From positions 62,001 through 126,000 of the forward strand of contig NW_021829853.1 in assembly GCF_006345805.1 (NCBI RefSeq): a stretch of 64,000 nucleotides of DNA, given 5' to 3'. Every line of letters starts with the position of its first letter. The first letter of the stretch is position 1. Under the pieces are notes generated by a model. It saw only the letters and a program-made list of their open reading frames with translations. It was not told the origin of the DNA and searched no databases. This DNA is from Octopus sinensis. Taxonomy: Eukaryota. Below are positions 1-14,482 of the stretch, piece by piece. A program made the translations under genes and the position numbers.

Positions 1-129
1 CATTCGTCCGAGGATTACTCCCACTAGTCATGGAGGGCATGTAAAGAGCGCTACTCGTTCTCCTCTGACTAAAACCAACGACGACCGTCACTGGAGGTGA
101 CTACGATTAGATACCGTGTACCGTGGTTC

Positions 130-780
130 CACTAATCGTTTTAGATACCTGTGCAACTGCGATCAGACACAAGCGCTCTCTCGACCCTCTCACCCATGCG
201 CCAGAGGAACCATCCAAGACGGATGGCAAAGTAAGCGGGAGCTCCACCAGCGGCACTTGGTTGGTACATATTTCGCAGTTTTGTGTCCATCATAGATTTT
301 GTGATTTGTTATATAGTGGTCAGAGGTTTTAGTGCTGTCCTCTCCCCTCCCTACAACAAATCTATGGCTGATATAATGTATTCTTTGTATACTTATGCTC
401 TTTTCCGGGCGGAATTCCGCTTTAAGCACCCCATATAACCCCCTCGTAACTTTTTCTTCTTTTTTTTTGTATTTTCAGAAAATATTTGCAAATTTGTGTT
501 CTACACACGGGAATTCATATGTTCATGCCAAGAATATATATATATATACACGCGGTCACATATATGATTCAATATGTGACTGCGTGTGTATCGTTGGCGA
601 TTTTTTTCTCCGTCTTCCCTTCCTTGGATCTTTCCTTTTCCAATGTTTCTGACGAAGAGCTCCGCTCGAAACGTTAGATCCTCCTTCTTTCTTTCCTTTC
701 CTGAGCGTCCAATAACACTATACTTGCTCCACGTCCTCACGTTGTTGTATTTTCTCTTTGTTCATGTTTGGATTAACTAT
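130..780 (+). mobile_element. Degenerate Penelope-like 3' region (possible GIY-YIG remnant plus hammerhead-bearing terminal repeat)
   Basis: Weak YLCNCD / GWQSKRELHQR / L.SG.N motifs followed by a hammerhead core at 649-675. Confidence 0.3.
645..679 (+). ncRNA. Minimal type I hammerhead ribozyme motif
   Basis: gttt-CTGACGA-a-gagc tcc gctc-GAAA-cg-tt-agat. Confidence 0.65.
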
Positions 781-800
781 ACACACACACACACACACAC

Positions 801-897
<97 letters not shown>

Positions 898-950
898 TGA
901 ATTGAAGAAATGGAGTTAAACGAAGATTGAACAGAAATCGTTTTATTGCA

Positions 951-1030
951 TTCTACACGTGTTTCGAAAGGCACAATTTACCAAATTCCGATTGAATAAG
1001 GAGACCATATTGTGTCTTTCTCTTCAGGAA
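951..1030 (-). ncRNA. Type I hammerhead ribozyme motif with extended stem II
   Basis: ttc-CTGAAGA-gaaagacac...gtgcctttc-GAAA-cacgt-GTA-gaa; palindromic stem III (ACACGTGT). Confidence 0.7.
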
Positions 1031-1733
1031 GAAATGGGAAATCCGTTGGAAAAAACAAAAACAGAACAGAGGCGGAGCAAAATAAATCGAACGAGGCTCC
1101 TAAGAGCCCATGGCCAAACTGTTTATCAATGTATGTTGAAAACTGGTGGTGGGTGCGTTGAAGGTTTTAACGGGTCAGGCAGCGGTCATTCCGGTGGGTG
1201 GGAGCATGGGGTGCTTAGATGTTCTTTGTGACCGAGACTAAAGTTCTGACTATTTAAAGAATATTAGGTGTATTATATGGGGCGAGACAAAATCTACTTA
1301 GAAACATGTGTGTGTGTACTGTTCTATGTGTTCGTATGTGCGTTTGATCACGTGGCCGTCAGTTGGTAAACAGCCCTACACAATGGTCACTGCTGTAAAA
1401 TCCGTCGGGTGGCAGAAAAAAATTTTTATGTGTGCGTGTGTTCGTCTAAACCTGCCTTGTCAAAGAAACCCCCCGTCGTCAAGACATACCACCATTCGTC
1501 TCCCAGGAGTAATTCCCCTTGCAATGGTTAATCATATTTCTCTTAAAAGTTTTCCAGAACTTATTTCCAAGGGCTATTTTCATATAAGTAGTGTAACCGG
1601 GCGCAGATATTATTTATAAGCGTTATTTATAAGCAAGATAAGTATAAGTGTCTTCTGCTGTGATTTTTGCTACCAAGGTATCGGTTAAACTTTTGATTAA
1701 TCTGCAACAAGATTATTCATCTTTCTATTTCAC

Positions 1734-1836
<103 letters not shown>

Positions 1837-1989
1837 GAAGCGATCGTTAGTTGAAAGTTATTGAAATAACCTAACGCCATAATACAAGCTTAACTTGGTT
1901 GCAATTGAATTCCTTACTGATAAGAAGACCACTTACGGAGTTTTTATTGTTAAATCGATCACCACCATCTTGAAAACTCATAAACATAT

Positions 1990-2043
<54 letters not shown>

Positions 2044-4115
2044 TGATATGCTATGTGAAGGTAACCCAAACAGTGAGAATACACTCAACAAGTTTTAAAA
2101 TCTCCTTATTTGATAGGTCCATCTTAACAAGATTATAGAAATAACTACTGAGAGTAATTAGTTACCATTACAAGATAATAATAGCCACTGGTAGTCACTG
2201 ACCGCATCAGTTCAATGGATCCTGTCGAAACTCTTCCTCCTGGTCTTCTAAAATGAGGAAAAGTTTTATGAAAACTCAAATAAAATAACTTTACCATCTT
2301 AAGTAAAACAAAACAACGTCTGCTGCCACGTCTTTGGCAGAAATTTATAAATAAAATAACAAAAATAAACAAAAATAGATACATAAGAAATATATTGAAC
2401 AATGGCACAGACTCGATCTTTGGTGATTCGTTTTTAGGTCCGTTAAAAACTCGCTGTGAGTATGAATAATAGATGTGACAACTCTGATGAAGTAGATAAG
2501 TTGAATAACGTTTGCATTGAATATTTGGTAAAGTTCTTTGTTTTCACTGGAAGATGGAATGAGACGACAAATTGGAAAGACTGGAACGGTGTAAATATTT
2601 GATTGAGAGTCGAGTAGCGCTGGGGGATGCCGAATGCTTGAATCAATTGCGTGACTTTAAAGTTTTAGAAAACGTTACCTCTTTCGCATTTTCGTGTAAA
2701 CCAATGCCAACTCTACCAGATCATTCATTCCTGAATGGAATTGGAGGGAAAACGTGGTGGTGGTGGTGGTGGTGGTGTGGTGGTGGTGGTGGTGGTGGTG
2801 GTGGTGGTGGTGGTGGTGGTGGTGGTGGTGGTGGTGGTGGTGGTGGTCGTGGGGAGTTTATAAAGAGTGAATTAAAAGATTTTCTCCAGCCGAGACAACT
2901 TTGATGATTTATTTGTCTGCCATCGCTACTAAATTCTTGCGTCGAACCTTATTCTGACCCAATTCCTTGCTTTGTAACAAGAAGACAAACAAGAACACCG
3001 TTAACAATGTCCTCTCATGCAAATGAAAGTCTGGTATGCCAAACGCGACGAACTAAAGGATTTCAAGGAAATAGTATTTATTAGACTGGGGTGGTGGTGG
3101 AGGGGGGTATGATGGTAGCGGGGGAGATGGTGGCCGGGGTGGGGTGATGGTGGTATTGTTTTGCCTCCCGTCAACTGTATTATGCAGACCTATGAGCAAA
3201 AGCATTCTAGTCGTGACTCTCCCACTTTATAAGTATACATCATGCAACGTATACTTTCCATGTTTAAAACTAGATTTTAGGGAGAATTTGGCTGCGATTT
3301 TCAGCATGTCGAGTTTCCTCCTTGACTCCTTATTTCTGGTGCTGCTTGATTCAGCTCGCTCTTGGTTGACTTTAGTCCAGGGTCAGGATCGTTCCATTCG
3401 CTACCTTCACATTCTTTTCCGGCGCTCTAACAATGCCGTTGGTTCCTCGCCTTCCAAGAAAGGCCACTAAAAGGCGAAGCGTCAGCACGCCGGACGAAAT
3501 GTTTAGCGCTATTTCGTCTGTCTTTACGTTCTGAGTTCAAATTCCGCCGAGGTCGACTTTGCCTTTCATCCTTTCAAGGTCGATAAAATAGGTACCAGTT
3601 GTGCACTGGGGTCGATGTAATCGACTTAACCTTTCCTTTGAAATTGCTGGCCTTGTACCAAAATTTGAAACCAATAATAATTGCGAATGAGTTTGTGATA
3701 ACGGTTCCAACTGTCAAAATTTGATACAGTTAAAAATAAGGAAACTGGTGATTCTTGTGACGACAGAGTAACTTAGCTGCTGGTTTTAACCGACTCAGCT
3801 CGCGTTCTACAAAACAACATCATAATCCCGTTACAAAGAATGAAAATGTGATCTCAGTTTATAAATTCAATGGCAACAATTGTTTCATTCGTACTCTTTC
3901 ATTTTTATTTGTGGAAATCATTTCGTTACAAACTTTGTTGGGAAAAAAAATCTGTGACGAGCTGTGTGGGTTAAGAAACCCGCTTGACATCCACAAGCTT
4001 TTGAGTTCAGTCTCATCGAGTGACATCTTGGGTAAGTGTCCTCTACTATAGACCCGGGTCGCCCAATGCCTTGTGAGTGAATTTGGTAGACGGAAACTGT
4101 GTGGATGCCAGTCGT

Positions 4116-4162
<47 letters not shown>

Positions 4163-7100
4163 TCTCACCACCACCGGTTTAAAATAACCAGACTTGAAAA
4201 TAAACCCTTTAATGACGGTGCCCCAGCATGGCCGCAGTCCAGTTACTCAAATAAGTTAAATGAGAAAAATCGCTTAACCGGTGCCATGGAAGTTTACTGC
4301 TATTCGTTTTAATGAATTGTCCTCCTTTTTAGTAATCAAAATCTTTAAACAGCTTTCTTGGTTAATTTATAGGAAATAACCAACCAAGTACTTTAAGCAA
4401 TCACAATAGATTACCAAATACTTTTAGTTCCTTGTGATGATCTTTGTGTTCTAGAACTTAACATTCCGTCATAGTTTTAAGTACTCATTCGTATTTCTCT
4501 GAAGATTGGGATTTTCTCAACAGAGAAAGATAATAAGGTAATGACAACTGTTAGATTTCACAAGGAGATTAATTCTCTTTTACAAGGAGATTAATTCCCA
4601 AAGACGGGGAATTGTCAAGTTTATCTTTGATCAAATGACTTTGCATCTGCAAAAAAAACAAAAGAACTTCTTCGATCTTGGCATTATGAAAAGGTATTAC
4701 AATCAAGGATTACGCATGCTTGAAGAATTTTGAATGATGCTCAACATTTTTAAATGTTGTTGAGCCACCTTTGGTATCAAAGCAAAGTTGTAATTTATGC
4801 CGAACCAGGTAACAATCCACTCTGAGAAACACAAACGTTTCCAGGACGTTCGGCCATTTTATAACTAAATATTGTAATTCGAATTTGGTTAAATTTTACT
4901 TTAAATAGTAAAATAGTGAACTAAATACTTAAAAAATAACGAATGCCTTCCTTAACTATTACTGAACAGGTTTTAACTTTATAAATTGTATTTTAATAAT
5001 GCGTTCGGTGTTCGAATCCTGCCGAGGTCAACTTTGCTTTCATCCCTCCAGGGGTCTATAAATTAAGTACAAATGGAGTACTGAACCGATAAAATCAAAT
5101 CTCCATGATTTTGTAGTTTTGTGCCAAAAGTTCAAACCGTTATTAAAGTTCACTCTAAAATAAAGGTTTAGAAAGACAGAAAAATTGGGCGGCGGTGAAT
5201 TAGCGGGATTGCCTGAACACGGAACAAAATGCTTACAATATTTAGTCCGTATTCTACGATGTGAAGTCATGTCTTGCTGAGAATAATGTTTCCTTACATC
5301 ATTCTTTTTTTTCTTTTGGTGGGGGTACGAAATAGGATGCCAGGGTGGTGGATGAGAGGAATTATAGAACTGTGTATATGTTTGTATGTATGCACATACA
5401 TAATACATACATACATGTATGTCTATGTATACATATGCACGCTCTCACACACACACACATACACACACACACACATTTGCATACATACGTGCGCGCGTGT
5501 GTGTGCGTGTGTGTGTGTGTTTGCGTGTATTGATGGAATTGTTGGAAGTTTGGACAAAATGCTTTGCCGCATTTGTTCCTAATTCCCAGACAGGTGTAGC
5601 GAGCTTACCTGTATCTAGTAGAAAGGGCTCCTTAGCCGTAGTGAAGGCAATCTATCTAGGGAGATAACCTTACAATAAATCACTGGGTCCGTAGCTTAGA
5701 AATACTGGGTTGACGTCCAGCGGGAACAGCTTTGTTTCATGGAGGAGGAAAGATCTTCTTTAGTACTTGGTTGTACAATGCTTTCCAATGTGTGTAGTAG
5801 TGGCGCGCGCACACATTATTAGCCATTTGAAAAGACTATGAAAGTCTCTACCACGGTCGAACAATGATGATGATGATCTAACAAAATAGTGTAAAAGGAA
5901 GAATATTCCCTGAAGGAAGGCAACAAACGGACCACCGTTTGCATTCGACTCCTAGAACTTCCAGGACAAACATCCTTTAACCGTTATCAAAGAAGGCGCC
6001 GGGGTTTACTTATCAATTTGATTCAAGTAAGGAATTGAGGGAGGGAATGAGAGAGAGAAAGGAGAGAGATAGGAGAAGAGAGAGAGAGAGAGGGAGGGAG
6101 GTAGTGTAGGAAAGAGATTAAAAGAAAATAGTTTTATCTTTTATTTTTTTACTTTTTACTGTCATTGGACTGCGGCCATGATGGAGCACCATCTGTTATG
6201 TTGGATGTACGGGGCGGTTTTTTTTTTTTTGTTCTTTTATTTTTCTGGGTCAGACCTTTTTAATTCTTCAGACTTGTTTCCATTTGTTCAACTGAATAAC
6301 GACGAAAGTCATAATCTATACTCGGATACGGACAAAAGATGTTGTACCTGTTGCCGCTCGCTGCCTTTGTCCTAACAACGATGACAGTAAACAGACGACG
6401 AACTGTCAAATATCTCTTGACAGTTATTTGACAAGAAATAAGGGTCAAATTCCCTTCAAGTCCTTTCAGACTTAAATAGGTAAAGGATAGATACATTAAA
6501 CTTAGATATTCAACGAGAAGAGAACAAGATGGTCACAGCTGGAACGTCTTTATTCATAAGATTGTTCAGTCATAACTATACTGGAAGTAAATAGTCATAT
6601 TATTGCTATTGACCAATACGAACAACACTATCTCGATGCCAGTGTGAGAACTTCTAATCCTAGAACCATGCCACTCCATAAAATCTTCTTAGAGAAATTA
6701 CAGTTTCATAAAAGAAGGAAGTATAACGGATCCCTCCTTCCCTTTCTGAATAACTTTTCAGAACTAAAATCTAAAAGTAAAAGCGAACTCAATGCAGTTT
6801 AAATGTTGCAGAAAAATTAGCCACACTTTCGTAAGAGTACAATATTAAAAATAATATTTAGCTTCATTATTAAATTTCTTCTCCCCAGAAGTGTCTATTG
6901 AATAATCTTTCATTGGAAATTCTAAACAGATTGGAAATATATAACCAAGTTGCTTGAAGACATTTTTCATAATGAACAATACTTGGAAACACTTCAATAC
7001 TTTGAGTGACGAGAAAACACTTTAATAGTTTGTGTGTCGAAGCATTTATTTATAAGATGGTGGAGAAATGTTTGCTAATTATAAGTGAAATGTAAATATA

Positions 7101-7283
7101 CATGAACGCATACTCACACTTACACGTACATATATGCATGTGATGTATGTAGATATGTATATAAATATGTATATATGTGTACGTGTGTGTATGTATGTAT
7201 GTATGTATATATATATATGTATATACATATGCATTGTTAGTTTTCTATAGTGCTTTGCCAACGAACTCCCAATGGCTATACTT

Positions 7284-7332
<49 letters not shown>

Positions 7333-7866
7333 TCTACTATTACTACTACTGCTGTGCTGCTACACCTCTGCCTGTTTGTGCAGATAATATAAACATTGGC
7401 AGATATAGATTGTTTCTCCAAAAACTATTCACTGCTTTCAAAAATTTAAAACGACGACAATTATTTCTTAGACGGTTGCAATATTTTAAGCGTAGAATGA
7501 ATGGTAAGTTGGCAGATAATGAGACAAGGCTGAATACGGTTGAATGGGACTAAATGCCCTTCAGCGTTCGGTTCCATTTATCTGTGTAAAGAGTTCAAAC
7601 CCTTACTAGCTTTATTAAGATAACTGTAAGTAGCATATTGGAAGCGATTCAATCGACTCTTATTTCTCCATTAAAAATTTAGCCTCGTGGCTTGTTAAAG
7701 TAAATTGGTATTATCCGCAGAGAAGATAGAGGGAGGCAGGTGAATTGGTAAAATGCCGGATGTAAGTAATTAGTTTTTAATTTCGACCCACTGGATTCTA
7801 CATTGAACACACAATGGGTTTGAATTTGCCAGCTATTTCTCTGTGATCAATAAATACAAGAGTTAA

Positions 7867-8490
7867 GGTGGCGAGCTGGCAGAATCGTTAGCACACCGGA
7901 CAGGCGAAATGCTTAGCGGTATTTCGTCTGCCGTTACGTTCTGAGTTCAAATTCCGCCGAGGTCGACTTTGCCTTTCATCCTTTCGAGGTCGATGAAATA
8001 AGTAGCAGTTACGCACTGGGGTCGATGTAATCGACTTAATCCCTTTATCTGTCCTTGTTTGTCCTCTCTGTGTTTAGCCCCTTGTGGGTAGCAAAAGAAA
8101 TAGGTATTTCGTCTGTCGTTACGTTCCGAGTTCAAATTCCTCCGAGGTCGACTTCGCTTTTCATCCTTTCGGGGACGATAAATTAAGTACCAGTTACACA
8201 CTGGGGTCGATGTAATCGACTTAATCCCTTTGTCTGTCCTTGTTTGGCCCCTCTATGTTTAACCCCTTGTGGGTAATAAAGAAATAAGAATCGTTAGCAC
8301 ACCGGACAGGCCAAATGCTTAGCAGCAATTCGTCTGTCTACGTTCCGAGTTCAAATTCCGCCGAGGTCAACTTTGCCTTTCATCGTTTTGGGGTCGATAA
8401 AATAAGTACCAGTTGAACACTGAGGTCGAATGTAATCGGCTTACCCTTTCCCCACTAACTTGCTGGTGTTGTGCTAAAATTTGAAACCAA
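7867..8490 (+). mobile_element. tRNA-derived SINE family A, trimeric. Other copies ~3472-3675 +, 21195-21332 -, 24463-24665 +, 25849-26028 +, 27275-27500 -, 30130-30363 +, 34918-35065 -, 42585-42772 -
   Basis: ggcgagctggcagaa (A-box-like) and gagttcaaattcc (B box), followed by the core gcctttcatcctttcggggtcgataaattaagtaccag; many dispersed copies. Confidence 0.85.
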
Positions 8491-8784
8491 TGAAAAGTCG
8501 ATGTGCCAACCTCTATCATTGTGTCTGTGGACCAATTCTAAGGAAGCCAGTATTTCCTGTGAAGAATTAATAACAGTTGTAGTGTAGGACAGAGGTAAAA
8601 CCGAATATGGCATTGGGATTAGCATGAACGTCACAACAAACCTTTTTCTTGTTCTTTTAGTCACAACAAAAAGAAGAACCTGATCTGCTATGAAAGAGCA
8701 TACACTGTGGAACAAAACAATCAAAGCTCCCAGTGACCCGAATTTGTGGTACCGGTTTCGATTCTCGTTTGATACATTTCCTTC

Positions 8785-8843
<59 letters not shown>

Positions 8844-8844
8844 A

Positions 8845-9655
8845 ATTATTGTATACAGTGCTCAGGTGCACCACAACTTGTCAAAAGTGCGTATAAAGCA
8901 TATACAGTAATGTACAAATGTCTGGGAAGTGAACAATATATGAGTCAGATACAAGCTTGCTTGTTTGTATGGAGGGGAGAAAATCAGGTGTAGTGTTGGC
9001 GAATCTCAGAAAGCATGGAAGTTTTGAAGGATGCAGTGCTCCGACAACTAACAACTGATGACGGCAGTTTGTTCCATACTTCAGCAACTCTTAGCGTGAA
9101 AAAATGTTTCCGAAAGTCATGGGAGCTGTGCTGTTTTCTGACTTTGTAAACATGTCCACGGGTGATAGACAGGTGGAGTTTGAAAAAGTGCCCAGAATTA
9201 TTGTTAGTAAGATGGTTAATAATTCTATGGGTGTCTGCCAAGTCAGCTTCCAGATGTCGGAGTTTCGGTTTATCCATGCCCAGGGAAGTAAGGCGTTCAG
9301 AATATAGCAAATGCTTGATGGAGGGTATTCTCTTAGTTGCATGTCGCTGAACGGTTTCCAGACGATTAATATCCTGGGTTCCAGACCGGTGATGCAAATT
9401 CCAGGTGAGGTCGCACCATAGCTATATAAAGCCTCAGATAGGTAGCCGGAGAGCGGCTCACAAAGGACTTGGTAAGCGATGCCAAGACACCCTCAGCCTT
9501 CTTGGCAATTTTAGCAATGTGTTTTGTCCAACGCAAATCACTGTTGACAATAATGCCCAGGTCACGTTCACAAGAAGATTTTTTGAGATTGGTGTTGTGG
9601 AGAGAGTAAGTAGACGCTGGCTTTTTCCTCCCGATCTTGGGAAATGCATAAGCAT
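8845..9655 (-). mobile_element. CR1-clade LINE, 5'-truncated 3' fragment with (TTA)n tail
   Basis: ERDLGIIVNSDLRWTKHI, LY.AMVRPHLEFASPVWNP, LETVQRHATKRIP, TRGH.YK, FFTLRVAEVWNKLP; microsatellite tail at 8786-8840. Confidence 0.85.
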
Positions 9656-10681
9656 CTCAAAATCTTATTCTTTATTTTTTGCCAAGCTGTAAAGAAGAAT
9701 ATTTATGCCAATATCAAAATGGAATCAATAATTCCTGTCGAATGAATGATGCAGACAGTCAAGGTTTGTTCAATATCTCACTGTTCTGATTTCAATTTCA
9801 GCCTAACTAGATTTTTCGTTTTGTTTTGTTTGTTTTGTTTGTTTCACCATGTAAGATAAAAAGAATACCAGTAACATATTGAGGTTGATTCAATTAACTG
9901 TTTCAACACTACAGAAATACAAATAGTTTTTTGTCACAGATAATGGATAATGGGTTCTCATTCCTAAGGTATTTTTCGATGTTGCTGTTGTTGTTGTTGT
10001 TGCTGTTATTATCTGTGAGCGAAAAGGCGCCAAAGACGAAATCGTTGATGATATTCTAATGAGTAACAAGTCATGTAGGTCTTTTCTTTTCACTGCTCAT
10101 CCCAAATACAAATAAAAACATACAGTTCTATATTTAAGAGACGAGTAATTATGTACATTATTTACATTTGACGGATATTAATTCTCATTTTGTTTGTTGT
10201 TAACACAACGTTTCAGCTGATTTACCTTCCAGCCTTCATAAGGTATTTTTCGATGTTATTATCATTATTCATTAGTGGGGGATAAGCTCTATTTGAGGAA
10301 AATAAACTATATTCCTGCTTCTTTTCAAAAGACGTTGTTGATGTGAGGTAGAATATCTCCAACTGGGAATCAGTTTGCATGGCTCTTACTCCTACACTCT
10401 GTCCTCCCTAATATATGGTGATGTCCAGTCGTCTTAAATAGGTTTTAGGGTCAGCATTAAAGGCTTCCTGTTTGCCAAGCTTCACTCATTTATAAGTAAA
10501 ATCTATGAAGTTCAGTTTTTTATTTAAGAGATGAGGAATTATTTTCATTATTTACATTTGACGGATATTTGTCCTCATCTTGTTTGTTGTTAACGTTTCG
10601 ACTGATATACCTTCCAGCTTCCATCAGGTGTATTGGAGAAATTTTGAACTTGGGTTCTCATTCCTAAGGTATTTTTCAATG

Positions 10682-10756
<75 letters not shown>

Positions 10757-13700
10757 TATGTTCGAATTTTGCTTTACATTTGTACAAGTTGGCTCCAAGT
10801 CTCACCCAGAGACCTCAAGAGACAACCTGTTGGAAGTTCATGTTGTTGTTATGCCTAGTGTCCCATATATTTGGTTTTGTATTTAGTGTTGTACTTGTGA
10901 ATGTCTAAAGAAAAAACATACGAAAATTATAAGATGATCTTAGAAGATTGTCACAAACGACACAAAAGCTTGTAAATAGCCTGGATAGACTATAAAAAGG
11001 CTTTTGATAGCCTACCACATAGCTGGATTGAGAAATGGCTGGAAATATATAAAATAGCACCTACTCTGCGAAACTTTTTGTCTGCAAGTATGAGATCATG
11101 GAGAACCACACTAACTTTGAACAGTGACAATGAATCTCTAAATGCTGGTGATGTAAAAATTTCATGTGGCATTGTCCAGGGTGACTCACTATCACCACTC
11201 CTCTTTTGTTTAGCCTTAATACCTCTCTCAAAAATTGCTCAATGACGCGCAGTACGGATATAAAATGTTTAATAAAAATATAAATCATCTCATTTACATG
11301 GATGATTTAAAGCTCTTTGCAAAAAATGACCAACAACTCGAGGGCTTACTAGCGATTGTTAAACAATTCAGTGATGACATCAGAATGCAATTTGGCCTCG
11401 ATAAATGTGCAAAAGCTACCTTTATCAAAGGAAAAATAACAGAAACATCTAACATTAACCTTGACCAGCAGCATGTCATAAAAGAGTTAGACCCAGCGGA
11501 GAGCTACAAGTACCTAGGGGTAATTGAAGGGGGCGGAATAAGGCATTTAGTGATGAAGGAAAAGATCAGGAGAGAATGTTATCGCAGAGTAAGAGCAATA
11601 CTCAAGACAGAGCTGAATGCGAGAAACAGGATCGAAGCGATCAATGCTTTAGCCATACCAGTCGTGACTTACAGTTTCAGTATCGTTAACTGGTCAATTA
11701 CTGAAATATGTAATCTTGACAGAAAAATACGAAAACTGTTGACAATGCATAGAATGCACCACCCTAAGGCAGATATAGAACGATTTTATCTGCCAAGAAA
11801 AGAGGGAGGCCGTGGACTTTTACAACTGGCAATAACAATGAAGATTGCTACAATTGGCATAGACACCTATCTGAAAAACTCTGAGGACTGGATGTTAAAA
11901 CTTGTCTCAAAACATGAAAACAAGAAAGCATCATACTCAGTAACAAAACAGGCAAAGGAATATCTAAGTGAATTCCGAATACAACAAATTTCGGAATTAG
12001 ACATACAAGAAACAAGCACAGAAAAAGCTAAGCGCATGAAAACCCGTGCTAAAACTGCTGCCTTAGATATTCTGAATGATAAATGGCAAGAAAAACCTCT
12101 CAATGGCAAATACCCAAAGAGAGTGAATAATGCAGATGCTGACAAAGCCCTGACCCATCAATGGCTAATGGCCTCTGGCTTAAAATCTGAAACAGAAGGG
12201 TTTATCATAGCAGCTCAAAACCAATGCCTAGGAACTACCAGGCCAACATATTAAAGAACGGCAGTAGCCCGAGATGTCGTGTATGTCAACAACAAAATGA
12301 AACCATTGATCATGTTGTCTCCAAGTGCAGTCTTCTAGCGCCTACAGAGTATCTCAACAGGCATGATAGAGCTGCACAATATATTCACTGGGTAATTTGC
12401 AAAAACCTGGATTTGCCCCATGAAAAAACTGGTGGGGACACAAACCACCCCCAGTGCTTGAAAATGACCGCATCTCTCTCCTCTGGAACTTCACCATTCA
12501 AACTGACAAAAAAGATAGATGCAAATAGGCCAGACATCATATTGAAAGACTTCAAACAAAGAACATGCCTTCTCATTGATATGACTGTCCCAATCGATAT
12601 AAACGTATCTGTCAAGACCTACCAGAAACTGAGCAAATATAAAGATCTTGAAATAGAAATCAGCAAAATGTGGAACCTGAAGACTAAAACAATACCTGTT
12701 GTCATAGGTGATCTGGGAATGATAGCAAAAGGGGCTGATAGCTACCTAACTCAGATACCAGGAAACCCCAAAATGGCAGAAATTCAAAAGATAGTGCTCT
12801 TGGGAACTGCTCATATCCTACTTCAATCTCTACTTCAGTCAGTAATTTTTTTTTGTTTTTTATAATGTTTCTTCTGACGTTGGAAAGTGTGGTACTGTTC
12901 ATGTAGGGTCTTGCTTCAGGGTGTTTCTGTCTCCAGTTTAAGTATGTTTGTACACTATTAGATTTATCTGTGGGGAAATATATGGCATGGTAGAAGGCCG
13001 CAAGAACGTCTTTATTATCTTCCCTAGACCATTTTTCCTTCTTTTTCTTTTGGTTATTTGATGACGGGCATGGATGGCCATCTGTTGGAATATTCCGGTT
13101 GTGGGGTACGTCCAGCTCCTGTGTGTCGGGAAGATTTGAACCAGTAGCTGATTTTTCAATCAGAATTTGGTTCAATTTTCGGGTACGTGGTCTTTTGTAA
13201 TCCGTTCGATGACCATTGCGGTTTGTAATTTGTTTTGTTATCAGTGAGGCATGACGAGCTTCGACTCTTACATTAGGAGACGGATCTGTCAGTTTAGGGT
13301 TCTCTGCATGTAAACATTGTTCGTAGCGCAGCTTCTTAAGGCTAACAGATCTGTATTCGTCTGTAATTTTTTTGTTGATAGATTTATCTCCGAACATAGT
13401 TTTTTTGTGGTGTGTTTTAAACTTATGAAAGGTTCACTCTGCCTGTGTTAGTTCGAGAAAAAACGGAAGAGGGAGTAGTGGTAAGGGTGGTAGTTGGGCC
13501 TCCAAATTTACGGGGAGTTGTAGATATTCCAGTCTTTGGGAACAGTAGGAGGAAGAGCGGGTTCATTTGTTGGATTTTTGAATTTCTGAATTTCTCTTTC
13601 TTTTGGAATTTTTATTTTATTTTTAAAAGTATTGCTGTGGTTTACAGTTTTTGTTGTTATGCAGTATGTATATATTAGCAGGTGCTTACTTCCATAATTT

Positions 13701-13964
13701 TTTATCGTGCATTTAATTGTGTTGTTACAATAAAAGGCATTTTTACATATTCTGATAGTCAAGGAAGAGGGGACGACAAAATGTTCACACAAAATTGGAG
13801 ATATTTATGTTTCTAATTTTTTTTGTTAGGTGTTCGTTTGTATGTCCAAAGCTGTAGATATGTAAGTTCCTTAACTTATTTTGAAGGAAATTCAAATTAC
13901 TCACAGAAAACAGTAGATCTTCCAGTTTTTTACAGTTGTTTTTTCGGTTGTCCTGCTAGGCTTT

Positions 13965-13966
<2 letters not shown>
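10757..13966 (-). mobile_element. R4/Dong-clade non-LTR retrotransposon (RLE type), rearranged, embedded in (TAA)n
   Basis: Flanked on both sides by (TAA)n. 5' part with the N-terminal domain on - (KWSREDNKDVLAAFY...WRQKHP...LSNVRRNIIKNK.LLTEVEIE), 3' UTR-like segment and TAA tail on -, RT-RLE core inverted to +. Confidence 0.8.
10929..12820 (+). pseudogene. Reverse transcriptase + CCHC zinc knuckle + restriction-like endonuclease, disrupted
   Basis: AWIDYKKAFDS, QGDSLSPLLFCLAL, YMDDLKLF, YKYLG, CRVC..ETIDHVVSKC, RHD, RPDI..D..VP, K..KY. One stop (~10973) and several frameshifts. Confidence 0.92.
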
Positions 13967-14031
<65 letters not shown>

Positions 14032-14057
14032 CATTATTATTATCATCATCATCATCA

Positions 14058-14116
<59 letters not shown>

Positions 14117-14436
14117 TGTATATATATATTTTATAAATGCAAAACAAAACCACGGAGGAATCGACGTAAGCTTAAATGATAAACGGCGATAGGTGAACCG
14201 CAATATGGCGAGGGGTTACTGTACATGCGAATTTATCTTAGGTAGTTTGTATCCCATATAGCCCCAGTCTCTGATGTAACTTCGTACTCTCATCCGTTCT
14301 ATAGGTGTGTTTACGACTAAATTCTCTATAATCTCAGGCATTTTGAGATTATATAGAATCAGCTGGTCAAGAAATTATCGGCATTATTTACATTATTTAC
14401 ATTTGATGGATATCTGTCCTCATCTTGTTTGTTGTT

Positions 14437-14482
14437 AACACAACGTTTCGGCTGATATACCCTCCAGCCTTCATCAGGCGTC
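14437..14482 (-). ncRNA. Minimal type I hammerhead motif in a Penelope-like terminal-repeat family
   Basis: gacgc-CTGATGA-a-ggctg...cagcc-GAAA-cg-tt-gtgtt. Degenerate relatives at ~10205, ~10590, ~14745, ~56020 and ~56190. Confidence 0.7.

Noticed and set aside
4480-7030. Possible coding relics in unique-looking AT-rich stretches (4.5-4.9 kb, 6.6-7.0 kb)
   Set aside because: I could not recognise any motif; a translated search would be needed.
7867-7960. tRNA genes at SINE heads
   Set aside because: A/B boxes are present, but there is no convincing cloverleaf and they are always attached to a SINE body.
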